Origin: Acidobacteriota bacterium
Lineage (GTDB): Bacteria; Acidobacteriota; UBA6911; RPQK01; JAJDTT01
NCBI GenBank assembly: GCA_965209055.1
Contig: OZ242374.1
Coordinates: forward strand, 3,520,001-3,584,000
DNA length: 64,000 nt
Direction: 5' to 3'
The first letter of the stretch is position 1, and every line of letters begins with the position of its first letter. Below, piece after piece: positions 38,249 to 45,950 of this stretch. The position numbers were made by a program, and so were the translations under genes. The notes below the pieces were generated by a model. That model did no database searches. It worked only from the letters and a program-made list of their open reading frames with translations, and had not been told where the DNA came from.

Positions 38249-41200
38249 TCAGAAAATGAACTTCACACCGAACTGGACGATTCGCGGGCCCGAGGAGAAG
38301 CCCTGGGTCCCGAACCCGCTGCTTCTGGGGTTGGTATTGACCGCGTTGCGGTGGGCGCCCCAGAAGTAGTGCGAATTCAAGAGATTATAGGCTTCCAACC
38401 GAAACTGGGCGTGAAACCGCTCCCCGATGTAAGTGTTCTTGATAAGAGTCAAACCGACGTCCGTAGGCCCCTGATCCCGAACCCCGGAAAGACGAAAGGG
38501 AAAGCTGCGCAGATTGTAGGCAGGCTGTTTGGCCGCGCTCGTCTCAAACCCGGCATTCTGGTTGAACATTCGAGTCGCTTGATGCTGGCTGACCGGAATG
38601 TTCTTGATGTTGCCCCGGAAAATAATATTCCCCCAATTCATGGGGATTCCACTCTGCGCGAACCCAATGAAGGTCGCACTCCACCCGCTGATCAGGTAAC
38701 CGGCAACGCCCGAGTTTGGTCCAAAGCGCTGGCCCTTGCCGAAGGGGAAGGTGAAGGTGCCCGCAAAGCGAAGGACGTGGGGACGGTCGTTGATGCCGAT
38801 CGCCCTTTCCGGCCCCGGGTCAATACCGAATCCATTGAGGTATTGCAGCTCCTCCATGGTCTTGCCCCAGGTGTAGCTGCTCTGGATGTCCCAGCCCCCA
38901 AGGTCCTGGGCCCGGAATTCGACCTGCATAGCGTTGTAGTCAGTCGAGCCCACCTTGTCGGCCCAGGAGCGAAGCCCGGTGATATGGGGATAGGGACGCA
39001 GCAGAGACTGCCGTTGGATGGTCGACGACACTCCCAGAGAGCCACCCACACCTTCGACACCCTGGAACGGATTCGGGACCCGCTCCGTCATGTAGTCGAT
39101 ATGGGTCTGATCCCGCTCGATCGACCGGGTCAAGTATTGCCCCGGCAGCCGGTTATGGTCGTTGTTGGCAATGCCGAAGTCCCTGGTTCGATTCCCCACA
39201 TAGCGCACCTCCAGGGTGGCATTGGGCGACAATCTGCGCTGGATGCCCAACTGAAACTGGTGGGCATAGGGATTTGTGGTACTCCGATCGAGACCGTGGT
39301 TCATCCAGATGAGCTGGCCCAGATTGGTCTTCAGTCCATCGCTGGACCCCCTGGGTTGGTTCAAGCCATTGGGGAAGAGATCGTCCAGAGTGCCGGTAAA
39401 GGTCAAGCCGGCATCGGTGCTGGAAAAGGCGAATGTGCTGGTGTCGAATCCGGCAATGGGAAAACGGGCCGCGAAGTGACGCTGGTTCAGGGGAATGAAC
39501 GTACGGGAGTAGCCGCCTTTCAGGACCGTGTGGTCATTCAAGCGGTAGGCCGCGCCGGTCCGCGGAGAAAAGTTGTTGTTGTCGGAATCGTAGACGGTGC
39601 GCGGTTCTCCATCGACTCCGGCGAAGATCACGCCTCCCATCAGACGAAACTGATCCACTGGGATTTCCTGAATCGGATTCTTGGCATAATTTGCCTGGAC
39701 CGCTGCCGAGATCGGATTCTCCACGTCGGCCGCCCATCGCGCGAGAGCCTGGTCATGCATCTCGGTGGGGGGACCTTCGCGCTCCCACCGGAGGCCGAGG
39801 TTCAAGGTGAGTCGGGGCGTGACCTTCCAGTCGTCCTGGAGATAGATTCCGGTATAGGTGGAATAATTCGCATAATCCGCGCGTACGTTCCGGTTGGTGG
39901 AGGAGTGGAGGCCCAACAGAAAGTCTGCCAGACCGTGGCCCCGCGGCGGGGGCGGCGAGTTGTCGAAGGGCCCACTGGTAAATTGACCGGTGAAGAAAGT
40001 TCGGGCTTGATCGCTTCGAACGGAGTTGTAGACATAGCCCCGCCAATCGGCTCCGAACCTGAAACTGTGGTTCCCCGAAATCTTGGTGAAGTGGGCGGAA
40101 GCGCTTCGAATCTCGTCGACCTGCAGGCCCGGATCGAAATTGGTGAACCCGTTGTGGCCACCGGGAATGTTGCTCAGTTTGGGGTAGCCGGTGATTGAAA
40201 CATAGGGAAAACCGGTGAACTCGACGTCAACAAACTCGGCCATATTGGTGGGGAGGTCCGCCCAGGTCAGTCCCCCCGCATTGTTCCGGGACCTCGACGT
40301 ATGCCGATTGTTCGTGGCGCGAAAATCAGCCACGAAAGTGGGGTCGATGGTCCAGACGTCGCCGATCGAGAAATTCCAAATCTGGTGTCGCGTACCGTGC
40401 ACGTCGACGCAGTCGCAGCCCGGACCTCCCGGGTGGTTGTCGAACATGGTCCACCCGCTGGAAGGACCGTCTGAATTGAGATACCTGCCGAACAAGGTGT
40501 GGGATTCGTTCAAGTCATGGTCGATTCGAAGCACCGTGTGCCGGTCCGTTCGGGGCAGCGGGGTATAGCCCTTGTCGTAAAGATAGTTGCGAAAGCCGTC
40601 CGGACTCGCCCCACTCGAATTGTTGGGGGCGAGGAAGAACTCGAGGAGGGGCGCCGCAATCGGGTGGATGCGGCTGGATGGAATGACATTGTTGGGGAAG
40701 GGTTGGCGCTCCACTCGCCCCTCCGCGTTCAGAACCCCGGTCATTGGATCGTAGAGCTGATACTCCGGATCCAGTGCCAGCAGGTCCGAAAAGTCGCCGG
40801 ACTTGTGCGCCGCTCTGGGTACGGTTGCCTGAGAGTCGCCGAACCTGACCTGTTCCCAATGGGTCCAGCCCAGAAAGAAGAAGGTCTTGTTCTTGATCAC
40901 CGGACCTCCTCCGGTAAAACCGTAGCGCTTGTAGGGGAAACTGCTTCGCTCCTGTCCCGCCCGGTTGCGGACCCAACTGTTGGCGTTGAACATGTCATGG
41001 CGCCCGAAGTAAAAGGCCTCGCCGTGATAGTCATTGGTGCCCGTCTTCATGATGACGTCAATGGTCGTGCTGCCGGTATGCCCCACACTGGCATCGAAGG
41101 TCGTGGTCTGGATGCGCACTTCCTTCACCAGTTCCGTGGTCGCATTGAAGGAAACGGCGCCCCCGTCGACCGCGTTGTTCCGCTGCGTATTGGGAGTTCC

Positions 41201-41818
41201 GTCCATCGTGAACTCGGCAGTTCCCGTGGGCATTCCGTTGAACCGGACCAGACCTGACCCGGCCCGCTGATAGGGCTCCTGGTTCATGCTGAAGTTGCCA
41301 TACCCCGCGGCGGAGTCGGCCGAGGGTGAAAGCAGGAACAGATAAGTGGGATTTCCCTGGCCGATGGGCAGCGAAGTCAGCGGCTTCTGCCCGAAGGCGA
41401 CGCCCAGATCGGCATCCGCCGACTGGAGCAGCGCGCGATCGGAGGTCACCGTCACGCTGTCTTCGACCTCCCCGACTTCGAGACTGAGGTCGATCCGCAC
41501 CCGCTCGTTGCTGGCGACGGGAATGTCCTCGACGACAGCGGTCTTGAAGCCCGCCAGTGCGGCCTCAATCCGGTACTGGCCGGGGAGCAGTCCCGGAGCC
41601 TCGTAGTAGCCGCTGTCGCTGGTAATCGTATTGTGGCCAATGTTGGTGGATTGATTGATGACCCTCACCTCGGCTCCGGGGACACTGGCGCCGCTCGCGT
41701 CGACGACCAGGCCCGAGATGATGGCCCGATGTCCCTGAGCCAACAACGCCGAGCCGGCGCCCGTCAGGCCAATCAAACAGATTGCGATCACGGTCCTGTA
41801 ATTTACGGCCCACATCAC
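38249..41818 (-). CDS. TonB-dependent receptor (CarboxypepD_reg N-terminus, Oar-like)
   Basis: ISGLVVDASGASVPGA, MKTGTNDYHG, QDDWKVTPRLTLNLGLRWE, C-terminal PRIVQFGVKFIF. Confidence 0.93.
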   Translation of the reverse strand: MMWAVNYRTVIAICLIGLTGAGSALLAQGHRAIISGLVVDASGASVPGAEVRVINQSTNIGHNTITSDSGYYEAPGLLPGQYRIEAALAGFKTAVVEDIPVASNERVRIDLSLEVGEVEDSVTVTSDRALLQSADADLGVAFGQKPLTSLPIGQGNPTYLFLLSPSADSAAGYGNFSMNQEPYQRAGSGLVRFNGMPTGTAEFTMDGTPNTQRNNAVDGGAVSFNATTELVKEVRIQTTTFDASVGHTGSTTIDVIMKTGTNDYHGEAFYFGRHDMFNANSWVRNRAGQERSSFPYKRYGFTGGGPVIKNKTFFFLGWTHWEQVRFGDSQATVPRAAHKSGDFSDLLALDPEYQLYDPMTGVLNAEGRVERQPFPNNVIPSSRIHPIAAPLLEFFLAPNNSSGASPDGFRNYLYDKGYTPLPRTDRHTVLRIDHDLNESHTLFGRYLNSDGPSSGWTMFDNHPGGPGCDCVDVHGTRHQIWNFSIGDVWTIDPTFVADFRATNNRHTSRSRNNAGGLTWADLPTNMAEFVDVEFTGFPYVSITGYPKLSNIPGGHNGFTNFDPGLQVDEIRSASAHFTKISGNHSFRFGADWRGYVYNSVRSDQARTFFTGQFTSGPFDNSPPPPRGHGLADFLLGLHSSTNRNVRADYANYSTYTGIYLQDDWKVTPRLTLNLGLRWEREGPPTEMHDQALARWAADVENPISAAVQANYAKNPIQEIPVDQFRLMGGVIFAGVDGEPRTVYDSDNNNFSPRTGAAYRLNDHTVLKGGYSRTFIPLNQRHFAARFPIAGFDTSTFAFSSTDAGLTFTGTLDDLFPNGLNQPRGSSDGLKTNLGQLIWMNHGLDRSTTNPYAHQFQLGIQRRLSPNATLEVRYVGNRTRDFGIANNDHNRLPGQYLTRSIERDQTHIDYMTERVPNPFQGVEGVGGSLGVSSTIQRQSLLRPYPHITGLRSWADKVGSTDYNAMQVEFRAQDLGGWDIQSSYTWGKTMEELQYLNGFGIDPGPERAIGINDRPHVLRFAGTFTFPFGKGQRFGPNSGVAGYLISGWSATFIGFAQSGIPMNWGNIIFRGNIKNIPVSQHQATRMFNQNAGFETSAAKQPAYNLRSFPFRLSGVRDQGPTDVGLTLIKNTYIGERFHAQFRLEAYNLLNSHYFWGAHRNAVNTNPRSSGFGTQGFSSGPRIVQFGVKFIF

Positions 41819-41917
41819 GACCTCCTCCCGTTGGCGGATAAAATTGTCGGCCTGGATGGCAAGATCACGCTTTTAGAAAAACTCAGTCAAAACCAGCCGG
41901 TTTTTTCCCTGTTTTTT

Positions 41918-42078
41918 CTGTCCGTGGTGAAAGTCGCGTGTAGCACCGAGACTGGGGCTGCATCCCGCCGGACAAGACGTAAGGAGGGAACGTACTCAAC
42001 CGTATGTGACCGAGGAGCAACGCAGTTCGTGGGGATGCAGCCCCGGTCGAGTGCCGTGGCGATTATTACCACGGGCAG
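41918..42078 (+). ncRNA. Candidate structured RNA (long rod-like hairpin)
   Basis: Arms 41918-41973 and 42025-42078 pair over ~50 bp, including GACTGGGGCTGCATCCC/GGGATGCAGCCCCGGTC; the transition-type deviations in the stems are G-U on the + strand. Confidence 0.4.
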
Positions 42079-42133
42079 TTGGAAGAGAAATTGCTAGGTT
42101 ACTAGCAGTGTCCTAAACCTTGCCCTGAAGTAT

Positions 42134-42149
42134 AGCAAGATTGGTGCCA
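42134..42149 (-). promoter_or_regulatory. sigma54 -24/-12 promoter for the TonB receptor
   Basis: Minus strand TGGCAC-CAATC-TTGCT, exact match to TGGCAC-N5-TTGCW. Confidence 0.75.
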
Positions 42150-42255
42150 TTTTGCTCTAGAAGCGTACCAAGTGCAGTCAGCTTCGTACTTGTGTCAACC
42201 GGACAGCGGTCGCAAGCAACCGCGAGAATCCATAAATGTGGATTGCCAAGAGGCC

Positions 42256-42281
42256 AAAAAAGGCAAACAATCAAGAATTTG
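42256..42281. promoter_or_regulatory. IHF binding site
   Basis: AATCAAGAATTTG (42269-42281) matches WATCAANNNNTTR, preceded by an A6 tract. Confidence 0.55.
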
Positions 42282-42452
42282 GATTTATCGGGTGCTCTTG
42301 CCACCCGTCCTATTCGCCTGTGGCGAAAGTCCGGAAGAGTCCGTCCGGCGAAAAGACCTCTGACACAATCAGATGGATTTTTCTGTTGCAACTGCAACGA
42401 GCCTTGGAATATTTGATGTACAATTTCCCACCGGGATCCGATGCCGGGCAGG

Positions 42453-42533
42453 GATGTCCGGCTGCGAGGATGCTTCGTCTTCATGTCGGAGGCGGGGCGG
42501 ATCCGGGTCGGCGACTCCATCCGTAAGCTGTAA
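42453..42533 (+). pseudogene. 3' remnant of a MOSC gene
   Basis: DVRLRGCFVFMSEAGRIRVGDSIRKL* is 20/26 identical to the C-terminus of 18108-18662. Confidence 0.8.
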
Positions 42534-42545
42534 CCGAGGAAGACC

Positions 42546-43685
42546 ATGAAGATCATCGACGTCCAGACCTTCGGCGTGAACCTGGGGGACGGCAACCACG
42601 TCTTTGTCAAGATCCTCACCGACGAGCATCTGCATGGGATCGGCGAGGCTTACCGCGTCGGTCCCGACCACGCGGTGGAGGAGGCGGTCCACTACTTCAA
42701 GGACTGGATCCTGGGGCTGGATCCGACCCGGATCGAGTACATCTGGCGTCTCCTCTACAACGGATCCCGATTCCCCGGGGGCTCCATCCTGAATGCCGCC
42801 ATCAGCGGCATCGAGATCGCCTGTTGGGACCTGAAGGGCAAGGCGCTGGGGGTTCCCGTCTATGAACTGATCGGTGGCCGCTGCCGGGATCGGGTCCGGG
42901 TTTACCTGGGCGTCAGCGGGAGCACCCCCCGCGAGGTGGCCGACTCGGCCAAGCGGGCCCAGGACCTGGGGTTCACGGCCGTCAAGATGGCTCCGCACCC
43001 GCCCAACGCCGAGAAGCTGCCCTGGGACCAGGTGCTCCGGGGGACGGCGGCGAGGCTGGCGGCGGTGCGCAAGGCCGTGGGCGACGACATGGACGTGGGC
43101 CTCGATCCCCACGCCCGGATCTTCGAGCCGGTCCGCGCCCTCCAGATGGCCCAGGCGGTCGAGCCCTACCACCCCATGTTCTTCGAGGAGCCGCTCCGGC
43201 CCGAGAATATCGAGGCCATGGGGAGGCTGCACCGGAAGATCCCCGTTCCCATCGCCACCGGGGAGATGCTCTACACCAAGTACGAGTTCAGGGACGTGAT
43301 CGCGGCCGAAGCCGCCGACATACTGCAGCCGGACCTGCTGTTGTGCGGCGGGCTCATGGAGTCCAAGAAGATCGCCGCCATGGCCGAGGCCGAATATCTG
43401 ACCATCGCCCCGCACAGCCCGCTGGGTCCCGTCTCCACGGCCGTGTCGACCCACTTTGCCGCGTCCACGCCCAATTTCATCATTCTGGAGTACCGGGACG
43501 ACAGCCAGGGTCCCATGCGCAACCTGATCCTGGAGCCCATGAAACGAAATGGGGGCTACCTGGAGCTGCCTCAGGATCCGGGCCTGGGAATCGAGCTCAA
43601 CGAGAAGGCCTTCGCCGGCAATCCGCTCAAGAAATGGCATCGGCCCTTTGTCATTGAGCCCGACGGCAACATCGCCTACCAATGA
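42546..43685 (+). CDS. Mandelate racemase/enolase superfamily sugar-acid dehydratase (galactonate dehydratase DgoD-like)
   Basis: GIGEA, SGIEIACWDLKGK.LG.PVY.L.GG, D.H, FFEEP, ATGE, QPD, APHSP.GP. Confidence 0.85.
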   Translation: MKIIDVQTFGVNLGDGNHVFVKILTDEHLHGIGEAYRVGPDHAVEEAVHYFKDWILGLDPTRIEYIWRLLYNGSRFPGGSILNAAISGIEIACWDLKGKALGVPVYELIGGRCRDRVRVYLGVSGSTPREVADSAKRAQDLGFTAVKMAPHPPNAEKLPWDQVLRGTAARLAAVRKAVGDDMDVGLDPHARIFEPVRALQMAQAVEPYHPMFFEEPLRPENIEAMGRLHRKIPVPIATGEMLYTKYEFRDVIAAEAADILQPDLLLCGGLMESKKIAAMAEAEYLTIAPHSPLGPVSTAVSTHFAASTPNFIILEYRDDSQGPMRNLILEPMKRNGGYLELPQDPGLGIELNEKAFAGNPLKKWHRPFVIEPDGNIAYQ

Positions 43686-43771
43686 TCGAGAGTCCGGGTC
43701 CCCATTCCCATTCCGTTCGCCCCTGTCTCCGGCTGAGGCCGGAGGACATTGAACCGAGAGCGAGGTCCATC

Positions 43772-44812
43772 GTGAGCCGAATCCTCCTGATCTGCATCCT
43801 GGTCATTGGTATGTCCACCCTTCTGCCGGCCGGACCTCTGGAGCGGTACGTGGCGGTGGACGACGTCTGCGCCTGGCCCAACCTGACGCTGCTCAAGGAC
43901 GGGACGCTGACCGCCACAATCTTCAACCAGCCCCATCACGGCCTGGGACAAGGTGACGTGGAATCGTGGGTCAGCACCGACGGCGGCCGCAAGTGGGAGC
44001 TCGGGGGCGTCGTGGCCCCCCACGAGGACGGGTCGAACCGCATGAACGTGGCTGCCGGCGCGGCCCATGACGGGTCGGTGGTGGTGTTGGCCTCCGGCTG
44101 GGGAGGAGCAGGCTTCCGGGAGCGGATACTCCCGTCCCTGGTGTGCCGCTCCAGCGACGGTGGCAGGACCTGGGAGCAGAGTCCCGGCGTGACCCTTCCT
44201 GACGGCGTCCAAAACCTCATCCCCTTTGGAGACATCGTTCAGGCTCCGGGGAACGTCCTGGTGGCTCCCGGCTACTCCTGGAGACTGCCCAATATCCCGC
44301 GCGGTTCGACGGCCTACGTGCTCTTCAGCCTCGACGACGGGCGGACCTGGACGGAGAATGCCGTCATCGCCGAGGACGACTTCAACGAAACGGCCCTGAT
44401 CCGCCTCAAGAGCGGCCGCTGGCTGGCGGCGATCCGGACTCGTGGAGACGGCCACCTGGAGCTTTTCAGCTCGGACGACGAGGCCAGGAGCTGGACCCCC
44501 GGAGGAACGCTGACGCCTCCGCGCCACCACCCCGCGCATCTGGTTCAACTCTACGACGGGCGGGTGATCCTGACTTACGGGATCCGGGAGGCCAGCCGCA
44601 AGGGAGTCGGCTACCGCGTCAGCTCCGATGACGGCAGGACCTGGGGTCCTCCCGACCAACTGGTCCATCTGGAGGGAACCGGAGACGGCGGTTATCCCGC
44701 GACGGTGCAGTTGGCGGACGAGATGTTGGTGACGGCCTACTACAGTGACGGAATCGGTGAGCACCGGCGCTACCACATGGGGGTCGTCCGCTGGCTTCCG
44801 CCCGGGAAGTAG
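43772..44812 (+). CDS. Sialidase-family / BNR repeat protein
   Basis: Several Asp-boxes S.DGG.TW; NET, DGGYP, TAYY. Confidence 0.75.
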   Translation: MSRILLICILVIGMSTLLPAGPLERYVAVDDVCAWPNLTLLKDGTLTATIFNQPHHGLGQGDVESWVSTDGGRKWELGGVVAPHEDGSNRMNVAAGAAHDGSVVVLASGWGGAGFRERILPSLVCRSSDGGRTWEQSPGVTLPDGVQNLIPFGDIVQAPGNVLVAPGYSWRLPNIPRGSTAYVLFSLDDGRTWTENAVIAEDDFNETALIRLKSGRWLAAIRTRGDGHLELFSSDDEARSWTPGGTLTPPRHHPAHLVQLYDGRVILTYGIREASRKGVGYRVSSDDGRTWGPPDQLVHLEGTGDGGYPATVQLADEMLVTAYYSDGIGEHRRYHMGVVRWLPPGK

Positions 44813-44869
44813 CGCTGACGGTCCCGGATTCCAGCCCGTTCGAGCCGCTGTGTCCGCCCGGAGGGATTC

Positions 44870-45925
44870 GTGAAGTCCATCCCCAGTGTCAAGCTGAAGA
44901 GCGGTGAGACCCTATCGGTCGAGTACTTCGAGCCGGGACCCCAGGTTCCCGCCTCCCTGGCCGAGGAGATCACCCGGTTCGCGATCCAGGTGGAGACCCT
45001 CGACTCGTGGGCCTCGGTGGCCGAGTCCGAGTACCTGAAGCGGTGCCTCCAGGGGCGATTCGCCGCAACCGGATTGGACCCCCTCTTCCTGGGGCGCCTC
45101 GACGGGAGGATCGCCGGGGACGTGGGATGCCAGGTCTCCCGGGACAGCCCGGAGGTGGGGAGCCTCGGCTGGGTTTTCACCGATCCGGCCCAGCGGGGGA
45201 AGGGAATCAGCTCGCACCTGACCCGACTGGCGGTCCAGTGGTTCCAGGACCGGGGCGGAGTCTGCATGCTGCTGGGCACCGGGAATCCCATCGCCCATCA
45301 CGTCTACGAAAAATACGGGTTTCGAGATTACAGCGGACACGTGATGCGGCGCCTGAGTCCCGGCGCCGAGGAGAAGGGATTCGAACGGAGGCTGTTTGCC
45401 AGCACCGGGCCGGCCGCCGTCCGGCCCGCCGTCTGGTCAGACGTCTCGAGGGTCGCGGCCCTGTACGCCGCCCCTCATCCCTGGCTCGTCCAGGACTACC
45501 AGGAAAGCCTCATCACTCATCCCTCCCTGAAGAAGCTCCGGTATTTTTCCATCTTTCCCGCGCTCATGCTCCGGGCGGAGCGGCCTGGGGGATCGGTGCA
45601 GGTGCTGGAGACGAGCCGCAAGCGCATCGTGGGGCTGGCCGCGCTCCTTCCCGAACCTGCTCCCTTCCAGCAGCACGTGGGGCGTCTCGATTTCATGATC
45701 CGGCCCGAGTTTCTGGACCAGGGACAGGAGTTGCTGGCGGCCGTTCTGAACCAGGCCCGCCAAGGAGGCATCGGGATAGTGGAGGCTCGCTTCGCCTCCT
45801 GCGACGAGGCCAAGGTGAAGTTGGCCCGTGAATCGGGATTCCGGAGGACCGCCCGGTTCCCGGACCGGTTCCGCCTCGGCGCCGAGAGTGCCGATTTGGA
45901 TCTTTACGTCTCGACGGACGTTTGA
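44870..45925 (+). CDS. Tandem GNAT acetyltransferase
   Basis: VFTDPAQRGKGI, A..VYEKYGF; second degenerate GNAT domain. Confidence 0.75.
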   Translation: MKSIPSVKLKSGETLSVEYFEPGPQVPASLAEEITRFAIQVETLDSWASVAESEYLKRCLQGRFAATGLDPLFLGRLDGRIAGDVGCQVSRDSPEVGSLGWVFTDPAQRGKGISSHLTRLAVQWFQDRGGVCMLLGTGNPIAHHVYEKYGFRDYSGHVMRRLSPGAEEKGFERRLFASTGPAAVRPAVWSDVSRVAALYAAPHPWLVQDYQESLITHPSLKKLRYFSIFPALMLRAERPGGSVQVLETSRKRIVGLAALLPEPAPFQQHVGRLDFMIRPEFLDQGQELLAAVLNQARQGGIGIVEARFASCDEAKVKLARESGFRRTARFPDRFRLGAESADLDLYVSTDV

Positions 45926-45950
45926 AGGGTTGCCAGGGAGGAGGATTTCC

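Noticed and set aside
42080-42095. Second GG-N10-GC motif on the + strand (TGGAAGAGAAATTGCT)
   Set aside because: Poor -24 match compared with the exact minus-strand site; probably chance.
42029-42097. 22-aa ORF (VGMQPRSSAVAIITTGSWKRNC) inside the hairpin as a possible type I toxin
   Set aside because: Not hydrophobic enough, long RBS spacing, and the sequence is explained by base-pairing.
42113-42619. 168-aa ORF over the AT-rich intergenic region
   Set aside because: Overlaps promoter elements and the MOSC remnant; no coding signature.
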